A stretch of 62,981 nt of DNA, filler included, from Thraustochytrium aureum (lineage: Eukaryota), in assembly GCA_012862495.1 (NCBI GenBank). It is 8 parts of 3 records of this genome, joined end to end, with 100 filler letters (N's around TTAATTAATTAA, not from the genome) between each part and the next. Parts side by side here need not be neighbours in the genome. Positions count along the whole stretch, not along the records: positions 12,700 to 31,864 come from BLSG01000456.1; positions 31,965 to 38,939 come from BLSG01000456.1; 6 more parts are not named here. One strand, given 5' to 3'. Below, in pieces: positions 22,801-33,045 of this stretch (positions are counted from its first letter, which is position 1; each line of letters begins with the position of its first letter). A model generated the notes under the pieces. The model had not been told where the DNA came from and made no database searches. It saw only the letters and a list, made by a program, of their open reading frames with translations. The translations under genes and the position numbers were made by a program.

Positions 22801-22946
22801 TTGCCAAAGTAAAAGAACGGATCGAGGGAATAGTGTTCAAGTCCAGGGCGACCAAGGCGATCGCCCAGGCCATCAGCAAGCTCAAGCGCAAAGCTGGTCG
22901 CGAGGTCGCGGGAGGCGAATCACCCGCTGCAAAGCGCCGCAAGTAG
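19829..22946 (+). CDS. Z1-type SF2 helicase-like protein, paralogue 3 (full length, one +1 frameshift at ~20425-20438)
   Basis: ORF 19829.. (to ATVAQIQK) joins ORF 20358.. (ALKGSEEDAPKY) by removing one A from an A-run. Motifs: LLYAAVQSGKS (~20532-20549), MFIFDEDDKQ (~21015), VSVTATP (~21387), TDGRGVVNKD, SLEQSLRVSG (~22335); C-terminal PAAKRRK. Confidence 0.85.
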
Positions 22947-23913
22947 GCGTCGTTTAATGATGCCTGAAACCGAAGGGCTCTCTCGCTGCAAGTCACGCAC
23001 CGTCTGTGATGTCGCGCTGCGCAAGTGTGGCTGCGCGCTGGACAGGATACGGACCCCTGCGACGGATCAAAGGGTCCCTGCCCAGACGATGCAACATTCG
23101 AGCATTGCAAGACACGAGACGCCTGCCACAGAGTTCTTGGTGGAGACAGGCATTTAGTCGAGGCGACTTTGCTTGCTTCGCGGTGAAGGCAAGAACCTCG
23201 GGCGAGCTTGACCCAACCACCAGTGGCTTGAATCACGCAGGGCAGGAAGGCCTTGCCGCCGAGCGTCACGCTAGCTGCATGCAGTCAGCGCATTTCAGAA
23301 CCGTTACTCATNNNNNNNNNNNNNNNNNNNNNNNNNNNNNNNNNNNNNNNNNNNNNNNNNNNNNNNNNNNNNNNNNNNNNNNNNNNNNNNNNNNNNNNNN
23401 NNNNNNNNNNNNNNNNNNNNNNNNNNNNNNNNNNNNNNNNNNNNNNNNNNNNNNNNNNNNNNNNNNNNNNCATCAGGAGGACAGACCCGCTGGTGCCCCA
23501 TTTGGGTCTGGTTGTCGCTTGACGTTCACGCGGGCCGAGCTCGATGCTTTGCTGGCCAAGCTGACGATCTTCGCGGCAATCCTGGCCGCCTTGCTTGCCT
23601 GGCGACCTGCGCTTGACGCCGCGAGCTAGCCGCTGGCTGCTCTCTTGCTTGCCTCGTATTTAGCTGTTCCGCAGCGCGATTGGCCGTCCTTCGATCTGCG
23701 GCGCGTACCTGGCTGCGCAGGTTGAGTTTATTTGTTCGCGGGTTTCGGGCACGATGTGCTCGCCCTGCCTTGGCGAGCCTCACCTCATCGATCGCACGGT
23801 AAAAGTATTTATTAGGTATCTCTGTCCAGCGCTATCTCTCAGCAGCTGGGTATTTATTTCCTGCTGCTCAGCGGGTTCGACGCTTCGTCTGCCCGCACTT
23901 CCCGATCCCTCTC

Positions 23914-24774
23914 TTAGTGCGGGATTGCCTCTTGGGATCGCGGGCAACGACCAGCTGCAAAGACGATCGTCAAGGTCAGCGCTGTTGTGCACTTTCCTTT
24001 GTCGCCAGCACTGTTTTGAGCAGCCATGTCGCGAAACAAGCCGACCCCGTTTGATCCTGCTCTGCCAACATTCTCCGCGCCCACGCACGATATCGAGTCC
24101 ACATAGATGCCACTCGTGTCCTCGCCGCAATCGATGTGAAGCTTTATGGTGCCTTTCGCTTCCACTGCGGAATCGGCGTTGGCTTGATCGGACACTGTAT
24201 CCACCAGTGTTGGCGTTTCGGGGTCTGCTTTGGAGCGTTTTGCCTCGCCGTTGCCCTCGCAGTCAGCCCTGCGCTTGTGACGACTGACGGGTTGCGTCTG
24301 CACGCTACGCGCTTCGTCATCATCGGAGTCCTCGGCGAGGATTTCCACGGTCATGTGGTTCGGGGAGACGCTGTCGATGGCTTTGACGGCGTCTTGCACT
24401 TCGCTTTTGACGATTGCTGTCTGCTTTCTGCTCTCGAGGTCTGGTTCAGGGCGCATAGCCTTGTCGCTAGCCACGCGGCTCGCCGTGTGCTCGTTACGAC
24501 AGAGGAATTGCTTCTCCTCTGTCTTCGGCCACAGATACAACGGCTGGGCACCCTTGGCTTTGCTTGCGCTGGATTTCGTGTGGCGAAACCCATTCCTTTC
24601 GAAGAAGTGCTCGGAATGGAGGAAAGCGGCCGCCAGCGTCTCGCGAACATTCAGGAGCTCACTGCTCACCGGATTGGCGTGTTCGGCGCGGACTAGGTTG
24701 AGGAAGTCCGCAACCGTCCGCGACTGCTTTTGGAGAGACATGTAGCGGCTGTCGTTGGGCTGAGGAATCGAGAA
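23914..24774 (-). CDS. Hypothetical protein or fragment; may continue through frameshifts to ~23470
   Basis: 275-aa ORF of plausible charged composition (EDSDDDE, RHKRR), no recognisable motif, flanked by gaps. Confidence 0.35.
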   Translation of the reverse strand, partial: FSIPQPNDSRYMSLQKQSRTVADFLNLVRAEHANPVSSELLNVRETLAAAFLHSEHFFERNGFRHTKSSASKAKGAQPLYLWPKTEEKQFLCRNEHTASRVASDKAMRPEPDLESRKQTAIVKSEVQDAVKAIDSVSPNHMTVEILAEDSDDDEARSVQTQPVSRHKRRADCEGNGEAKRSKADPETPTLVDTVSDQANADSAVEAKGTIKLHIDCGEDTSGIYVDSISCVGAENVGRAGSNGVGLFRDMAAQNSAGDKGKCTTALTLTIVFAAGRCPRSQEAIPH

Positions 24775-27392
24775 NNNNNNNNNNNNNNNNNNNNNNNNNN
24801 NNNNNNNNNNNNNNNNNNNNNNNNNNNNNNNNNNNNNNNNNNNNNNNNNNNNNNNNNNNNNNNNNNNNNNNNNNNNNNNNNNNNNNNNNNNNNNNNNNNN
24901 NNNNNNNNNNNNNNNNNNNNNNNNNNNNNNNNNNNNNNNNNNNNNNNNNNNNNNNNNNNNNNNNNNNNNNNNNNNNNNNNNNNNNNNNNNNNNNNNNNNN
25001 NNNNNNNNNNNNNNNNNNNNNNNNNNNNNNNNNNNNNNNNNNNNNNNNNNNNNNNNNNNNNNNNNNNNNNNNNNNNNNNNNNNNNNNNNNNNNNNNNNNN
25101 NNNNNNNNNNNNNNNNNNNNNNNNNNNNNNNNNNNNNNNNNNNNNNNNNNNNNNNNNNNNNNNNNNNNNNNNNNNNNNNNNNNNNNNNNNNNNNNNNNNN
25201 NNNNNNNNNNNNNNNNNNNNNNNNNNNNNNNNNNNNNNNNNNNNNNNNNNNNNNNNNNNNNNNNNNNNNNNNNNNNNNNNNNNNNNNNNNNNNNNNNNNN
25301 NNNNNNNNNNNNNNNNNNNNNNNNNNNNNNNNNNNNNNNNNNNNNNNNNNNNNNNNNNNNNNNNNNNNNNNNNNNNNNNNNNNNNNNNNNNNNNNNNNNN
25401 NNNNNNNNNNNNNNNNNNNNNNNNNNNNNNNNNNNNNNNNNNNNNNNNNNNNNNNNNNNNNNNNNNNNNNNNNNNNNNNNNNNNNNNNNNNNNNNNNNNN
25501 NNNNNNNNNNNNNNNNNNNNNNNNNNNNNNNNNNNNNNNNNNNNNNNNNNNNNNNNNNNNNNNNNNNNNNNNNNNNNNNNNNNNNNNNNNNNNNNNNNNN
25601 NNATTGCTCTCCTGCTGCTCTGCAGGTTCGTTACTTGTTCTGGCCGCTCTTCCCGGCCCTTACTTGCGTTCGGGATTGCTTGGCATTTGCTTTGCCGATT
25701 GGCGAGCCCGTTGTGAGCCCAAGCAACTCCAAAGGCTTCTACGTAGCGCCTGGTACGAAAGAATTGTCTGGCGACCGGAGCACTAGGACTGGGCTCGCGC
25801 AAGCATGGCGCATGCCAACTCGGTGGAGACTCAGGCGACTGTGCCACTGGGTGTTGCGAACGTGCCTCGTAGCGCGCATTGGCTTCAAAGGGATGCCATG
25901 TGCTTCGGTGGCACACGACGAACTGCAATGAGACATTGTCGCGGAAGGATCCTGTTGTGCTGTGGTTAACCACCCGCCCCTTGGAAGTGCCGCCCCCAAG
26001 TCTCAGCGAGAATTCAACCGCGGCTCAAACTCGACCGGACGACGGAGTTCGCTCATGCGAGCAAAAGCCTGCTCTGCTTCCTGATGAGCAGCCGAGGCTT
26101 GCCTACTGATGTGGAGATCGATCCCGGCCTTCGCTTCGCAGAATTGCAACCAGCCGAGTGCAGGGAGTACCACTTCACTTGATGAAAGGTTTGAAGTTGG
26201 CCGACCGAGCTCATTGAGTGACATTGACACATCCATGCCCAATGTCCATCGAGCACCCTCCAATCAACCTAACCCAACTGCGTACCCTAACCTATGTCAT
26301 CACCACCTCAAGATTACCATCCGTTACGTCCCCTCACAAAACTCCGCCAAAACTGCCCCTCTCCCTCTGTCTCCCGAGTGAGGGGGAACAAATCACAACC
26401 CACTGGCAGCAGAGGGCGAGCAAAATCTCACAAACAACTGGACTTGCTCCTCACTTGCTCCCCCTCTCAAATCCCGAGGCACCCCTCAAGAGCCAAGTTG
26501 TACTCCGTTGCGATCGACGGGGCTCTGAGGGGTTACAGTTGACTCTTGAACCCAACAGACCACAGTGCAGCGCTCGGAGAAGGAAATGTTCCTATTGTTC
26601 TCTACAGAGCAAGGAAAAAAAAGCGATTCTCGAGCAGAGTCGTGCGCTCCAGAGCGATCAACCGCTCCGGACTCCGGAGTGCGTGCCTGCCTGCCAGCTG
26701 CCAGCTGCCAGCCAGCCTGCCACTGGCGTCAACCCCTCTGCCTGCCTCCATCCCTCACGGTCTGCGGGAGGCGAGCAGTGAGAGCCCAAGGGCACGGACT
26801 CGGCTCGAGTCTGATCGCGGCCTCCTGGCNNNNNNNNNNNNNNNNNNNNNNNNNNNNNNNNNNNNNNNNNNNNNNNNNNNNNNNNNNNNNNNNNNNNNNN
26901 NNNNNNNNNNNNNNNNNNNNNNNNNNNNNNNNNNNNNNNNNNNNNNNNNNNNNNNNNNNNNNNNNNNNNNNNNNNNNNNNNNNNNNNNNNNNNNNNNNNN
27001 NNNNNNNNNNNNNNNNNNNNNNNNNNNNNNNNNNNNNNNNNNNNNNNNNNNNNNNNNNNNNNNNNNNNNNNNNNNNNNNNNNNNNNNNNNNNNNNNNNNN
27101 NNNNNNNNNNNNNNNNNNNNNNNNNNNNNNNNNNNNNNNNNNNNNNNNNNNNNNNNNNNNNNNNNNNNNNNNNNNNNNNNNNNNNNNNNNNNNNNNNNNN
27201 NNNNNNNNNNNNNNNNNNNNNAGCAGAGCAGCGGGCCTCGCTTGTCTCCACGCGCCTGCCTCGCTCCCTCCGTCGTCGCGTTCCATCCTTCGTCGCCCGT
27301 CCATCTTGACGCGGGGTTGCGAGCATCGATCGATCGGTCGATCGGTCTTGCCGGCGGCCAACGGAGGCGCGCGGGCAGAGCTCGCGAGGCCG

Positions 27393-28944
27393 ATGGGGAC
27401 ACGAAGCTGGCGATGGGGCCGGCTGCGGGCCGCGGTGTGCGTGGCCGCGGTCGCGGTGGCGGCCGTCGAAGGCAGGCTCGAAGACATCGAACGCGAGTGC
27501 CCCTTGGAGGTTTGCAGCGGAGCGACCGTGGCGGCACCAGTTGTCGCGTTCACGTGCAAGGGACTGCAGGAAGTCGTGGGGCAGCGTCCTGGCTTCGAGC
27601 GTCGTGGGCAAGGCGACGCTGACGCAGGCGGCTTGCGCGGCCGCGCTGAATGAGACGGGCGGGCCAGCGGCGCTCGGGCCGCGGTGTGAGGCGGCCGAGG
27701 CGCTCGTCTCGTCGATGTGCTTGAACAAAGAGTCGTGCGAGGTGGATCTGACAGCGGCGCTCGCCTCGTGCGGGGTGGGCGCGGACCAGGTGCTGGCCGT
27801 GCAGATCAGTTGCTCGGCGGGGTTTGACGCGCTTGCATTTGCGATCTGGGGCGCCGTGGTGATCATCGGGCTTGGGATGGGCACGACGATGCACGTGGCG
27901 GGCCTGCGCGAGATTTGCAGCAAGCACATGCGGTCGCTGCTGGTGGGTTTCTTCTCGCAATTCCTCGTGATGCCGCTGTTCTCGTACGTGCTGGCGGTCT
28001 CGCTCAACGTGAACGAGCTGGTGGCCGTGGGCATGGTGATCGTCGGGTCCTGCCCGGGCGGGGCCATGTCCAACCTGCTCACGTACTGGGCCAAGGGCAA
28101 CGTGACGCTGAGCATCACCATGTCGGCGGCGTCGCTGGCGCTGGCCGTGGGCACAATGCCGCTGCTGGTCTACTTGTACGGCAACCTGGCGCTTGGGGTC
28201 AGCGGCGTGGTCAGCGTGCCGTTCGCCAACATCTTCTTCAGCGTGCTGCTTGCCACCATTCCGCCCGCGATCGGCGCCTTCGTCCGGCACAAGTCGGACA
28301 AATGGGCCGGCCGCTTGGAGATCGTCGGCTCCGTGGTGGGCGGGCTCTTCCTGCTTGCCACCTTTGTGATCGGCATTCTCGGCAACTCCGACCTGCTCGA
28401 CCCGTCCAAGTACCCGAACGTGTGGATTGCAAGCGTGCTGTTCCAGCCCGTCGGGTGCCTCCTCGGGTACGGTATCGCGCGACTGTGGCGCCTCCCGCGG
28501 CCCGAGAGCCGCGCCGTCTGCCTCGAGACGGGGATCCAAAACCTCTCGCTCGCGATTGCGCTGATCGCCTCGACGTACACGGGCTGCCTGCGCGGCCAGG
28601 TCTTGATATTCCCGCTCGCGGCAGGCTTCATGTTCTTCATCAACAACGTGTGGATCACGCTCTTGCTGCGCTTCGTCATGTCGAGGTACGACACGCCCGA
28701 AGAGCGTGCGTCGCGGGACATGAACGTCGTGGACGACCCCAAGGCGGACGCGCCGGTTTTTGCTGATGATCATGCAGCCAATGGCGACGCCGCCAGCGAC
28801 GCCAGCGACTCGTCCGCGTCGGCGCGGCCTGGCGCCGTCGAGCTCGAGCTCGGCTCGACCGCGGCCGGCCATGCGGAAGCGGACCAGGACGCCGAGTCGG
28901 ACCCAGCTCTGGCGAGCTGCAGCATGAAGGTCTCCGTGGCATAG
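27393..28944 (+). CDS. Bile acid:sodium symporter (SLC10/BASS) family transporter with signal peptide and Cys-rich N-terminal ectodomain; frameshift ~27580
   Basis: GLGMGTT, SQFLVMP, GSCPGGAMSNLLTYWAKGNVTLSITMS, RAVCLETGIQNLSLA. N-terminal MGTRSW...AVCVAAVAVAAVEG lies in another frame. Confidence 0.9.
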
Positions 28945-30718
28945 CGTGTACTAGAGCTCAAGCCGCCTGTCAGGCTGGCTGGCTGGCTTGCACTTACGCC
29001 CCTCCCAGCGTCCTGGGTGGATCGGAGGATCGATGGAAGGGCTCGTTGTTGTTGTTGATTGCAACAAACTACTCTACCTATACAAAAACAATTCAACAAT
29101 CCAGTCACAGTCGTCGTCTAAGCAGATCGCACCGACGGCGTGGAGCCCAACCCTGCCCCCGCGGCGTCGCCAAGGTCGGCCCTGTCAGGGCCAGGTCCAA
29201 ACGGGCGCTATGCGGGAGCGGCCCCGAGCAGCAGCCCGGCCGAGTCGGGCGCCAGCATGGCCTTGGGCTCGAGCCCCAGCGACTCGGAGCGCGCGTAGAC
29301 GTCCATCACCGCAACCGGGAACACTTGGCGGCCTTGGCTCGCCAAGATGAGGATGGCGTTGCGCACGCGGCTAATCCGCAGCCGCGCCGCGGCGTCGATG
29401 CTTCGCGCCGCGTGCTGCTTGTTCTCCACCTNNNNNNNNNNNNNNNNNNNNNNNNNNNNNNNNNNNNNNNNNNNNNNNNNNNNNNNNNNNNNNNNNNNNN
29501 NNNNNNNNNNNNNNNNNNNNNNNNNNNNNNNNNNNNNNNNNNNNNNNNNNNNNNNNNNNNNNNNNNNNNNNNNNNNNNNNNNNNNNNNNNNNNNNNNNNN
29601 NNNNNNNNNNNNNNNNNNNNNNNNNNNNNNNNNNNNNNNNNNNNNNNNNNNNNNNNNNNNNNNNNNNNNNNNNNNNNNNNNNNNNNNNNNNNNNNNNNNN
29701 NNNNNNNNNNNNNNNNNNNNNNNNNNNNNNNNNNNNNNNNNNNNNNNNNNNNNNNNNNNNNNNNNNNNNNNNNNNNNNNNNNNNNNNNNNNNNNNNNNNN
29801 NNNNNNNNNNNNNNNNNNNNNNNNNNNNNNNNNNNNNNNNNNNNNNNNNNNNNNNNNNNNNNNNNNNNNNNNNNNNNNNNNNNNNNNNNNNNNNNNNNNN
29901 NNNNNNNNNNNNNNNNNNNNNNNNNNNNNNNNNNNNNNNNNNNNNNNNNNNNNNNNNNNNNNNNNNNNNNNNNNNNNNNNNNNNNNNNNNNNNNNNNNNN
30001 NNNNNNNNNNNNNNNNNNNNNNNNNNNNNNNNNNNNNNNNNNNNNNNNNNNNNNNNNNNNNNNNNNNNNNNNNNNNNNNNNNNNNNNNNNNNNNNNNNNN
30101 NNNNNNNNNNNNNNNNNNNNNNNNNNNNNNNNNNNNNNNNNNNNNNNNNNNNNNNNNNNNNNNNNNNNNNNNNNNNNNNNNNNNNNNNNNNNNNNNNNNN
30201 NNNNNNNNNNNNNNNNNNNNNNNNNNNNNNNNNNNNNNNNNNNNNNNNNNNNNNNNNNNNNNNNNNNNNNNNNNNNNNNNNNNNNNNNNNNNNNNNNNNN
30301 NNNNNNNNNNNNNNNNNNNNNNNNNNNNNNNNNNNNNNNNNNNNNNNNNNNNNNNNNNNNNNNNNNNNNNNNNNNNNNNNNNNNNNNNNNNNNNNNNNNN
30401 NNNNNNNNNNNNNNNNNNNNNNNNNNNNNNNCAAAAGAAGATTACCTATTTGAGCGGTGGGTGCGCACGGGTTCTCTTGAAAGCAGGCTCACTTCAGTTT
30501 AGTAGCGCGCTGCAATCCGACGAACGAAGAAAGGTTCCACGTGTTTGCTCGTCCATAAAGGCGCGCCCGATTTGAATAGTCGCCCTCGATGCGGTCGCTG
30601 GCCTGGCAGACCCGCAACGCGACGAGCAGCCCGAGGCGCCCCGCGACGCGACGAGGAAGGACGCGCAGGTTGGCGAAGGACCCGCAGGCGGCTTGCTGCA
30701 GAGCAAGGCGCGCGCAGG

Positions 30719-31009
30719 ATGATCAAGATTTTCAGCAAGGAGCAGTGCAAGTACTGCCACCTTGCCAAGGCGTTCATGAAGGAGCATGGAATCCCGTTCG
30801 AGGAGGTCCAGCTGGACCCCGAGGCGGCAGACTACGCCGAGCGGAGGCAGGCGCTGATTGACTCGACGCAGCACAAGACGTTTCCCTGGGTGTTTGTGAA
30901 GGAATCTTTCGTTGGCGGGTATGACGACCTCGTGCACGCGTTCAACACCGGGAGCTTGCACACGCAGCTGCGCGAGCTCGGCGTGGAGATCGACGAGCCC
31001 GACTTTTGA
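30719..31009 (+). CDS. Dithiol glutaredoxin
   Basis: MIKIFSKEQCKYCHLAK (CxxC), HKTFPWVFV, FVGGYDDL. Confidence 0.92.
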   Translation: MIKIFSKEQCKYCHLAKAFMKEHGIPFEEVQLDPEAADYAERRQALIDSTQHKTFPWVFVKESFVGGYDDLVHAFNTGSLHTQLRELGVEIDEPDF

Positions 31010-31083
31010 GCGGGCGCTCGCTCCGTGTAGGTAGGTGTGTAGGTGGAGAGGGCAGAGCGCTGGACTTGCCGAGAGCACTAGAG

Positions 31084-31864
31084 TTAGCTAGAGCTAAGAA
31101 ATGACCCGAGCTCCGAACGATGCGCCTCCAGCAGCGCCACGCAGCCCTGGCGCCCCCACCCGCGCGCCACGTCCAGGGCCGTCTTGCCTCCGGCCGCGAT
31201 GCGCACGTCCGCGCCGAGACCAAGCAGCGCGCGGACCGTCGCTTCATGTCCCTGCGCGCAAGCGAGGTGAAGCGCCGTCGCGCCGTCCACGTCCTGCAGC
31301 GCCAGCGCCTCGCGCACAAGGCCATCGCCGCCCTTGCGCGACAACGTGGCCACCAGCGCCGCGATGGCAGCGACCTGGTTCTCCCGCGCGGCGCTGTGCA
31401 CCGGGTGCCGCAGCGAGCCGTCCAAGACCTCGGCCCCGACCCCTAGCGGGCCTGCCGTGGCTTCCATGAACGCGATCACACCCACGCGCCCGTGCGCGGC
31501 CGCCTCGTGCCAGAGCGTCGTCCCGGACGAGTCTCGCACATCGAGCGCCGCGCCGGCCTCGTGCAGCGCGCGCATCACCGCGACGTGGCCGCCCATCGCA
31601 GCCGCGTGGCAGGGGCGGCGCAGGTTGTTGTTGGCGATCTGCGCGTCGGCGCCGGCAGCCAAGAGCCTCTGCACGATGCGCAGCGACCCGTTGCGCGCGG
31701 CCAGGTACAGGCAGGTCGAGCCCTAGCCCAGCAAGCAAGTCAGCGCACGGCCCGCGGAGCGACGCACGGCCTGCAATGCTATCACACGTACCTCCTTGTT
31801 GCGCTCCTGCATGCTGCAGAGCAGCTGCTGCTCCGTCAGCCGTTCGCACAGCAGCTCGACCACT
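31084..31864 (-). CDS. Ankyrin-repeat protein (5'-truncated, one intron)
   Basis: Repeats NKE|GSTCLYLAARNG, RRPCHAAAMGG, GTTLWHEAAAHG, GATALHLACAQGH, GKTALDVA. Confidence 0.9.
31723..31791 (-). other. 69-nt spliceosomal GT-AG intron in the ankyrin gene
   Basis: Minus strand GAG|GTACGT...GCTGAC (branch point)...CTAG|GGC. Removal joins ...QERNKE to GSTCLYLAARNG in frame and deletes an in-frame stop. Confidence 0.85.
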
Positions 31865-31964
31865 NNNNNNNNNNNNNNNNNNNNNNNNNNNNNNNNNNNN
31901 NNNNNNNNTTAATTAATTAANNNNNNNNNNNNNNNNNNNNNNNNNNNNNNNNNNNNNNNNNNNN

Positions 31965-33045
31965 CGTTGGGCCCGGCCGCCTGGCCCTTGGGCGAAGCCG
32001 CGAACAAGTCTAGGTACTCCACGAAGGAGCAACCCAGCGCCCGAAACGCGGGGCCCTCGTCAAGGTCGAGGCAAAGAGGAAACGGGTCCAGCAACGTCCA
32101 GGTCGGCGAGCCCGCAAGGATGGCGCTCGGCTTGGGACCGGTCAGGGCCTCTAGACAGTCCTCGAACGACGCGGCTTGCGCGCACGTTGGCCAGCTCCAC
32201 ATCCCGTAAAACCACTCGAAGCGCTCGAGCATGGCGAAGATCTCGCAGTTCATGATCGTGCCGCGCAAGGCCCAGATCGCGCTGCGCGTCGCTCGAGCGA
32301 GTTCAGAGTTGGGCTTGGTGCCTTTCGCCCTGGCTGTTAGCACAAGGTCCCGCAGCTCTTGCTCCTTCGCGTCCAGCTCGGCGCGCAACTGGGCCATGTT
32401 GTAGCCCTTGCACTCGGAGGGGTCCAGGCCGAGCTGCTTGCCGATGGTTTTGCGCACTTGCTCGAGGTTGGCGACCACAAACTTGGCGACCTTGTCAAAG
32501 CCGCAGCCTTCGCCCGGTGCGCGCGCCTCGAGGGTGCCTGCGGACTCCATCACGTGGCAAACAAGGTAGTCGGGCTGCTGCCGCCCCCCGAACGGCACCC
32601 AGATCTTGTGCGGCACGGCAGCCGCGATGTACCACGAGTAGCGCTCGGCGAGCCGTTTGGTGTTGATGCGCTCATCCAGGAGGTTGCTCGAATAGTAGGG
32701 CAGCTCGAGCTCGAGCCCCTGGTAGCTGCTCCCATACTCTTCGTACTCGTCGCCTTCGCTCTCCCTCGCCAAGTACTCGCCGAGCCCCTCCCAGAGGAGC
32801 ACTTGAAACTGCCCCCGCGCTCGCGCTGCGGCTGCGCCGCAAGCGCTCCGCATCTGAGCGTCGGCGAGCCCGGCACAGGCGGCCACAAGTTCGCCCTGCT
32901 CTGGCGATGCTTGCACCGCGTTGCGCAGCCCATCTAGGTCTCGAAAGGCCTCCGTCGTGCTTGCGTTGAATCGCCCAAGCCCTGTGGCGCCAAGCCATGG
33001 GTTGAGGTCCGCGGCCACCAGGGCAACAAAGTCCAAGAACGCCAC
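31965..33045 (-). CDS. Hypothetical protein, internal fragment; possible 5' part at 33654-34098
   Basis: ~360 open codons with host-like GC-rich codon usage, bounded by a gap and a linker; no recognisable motif. Confidence 0.55.

Noticed and set aside
7558..26828. Calling the island a complete provirus or Polinton
   Set aside because: No capsid, packaging ATPase, DNA polymerase, integrase or terminal inverted repeats are recognisable; viral origin remains only a hypothesis.
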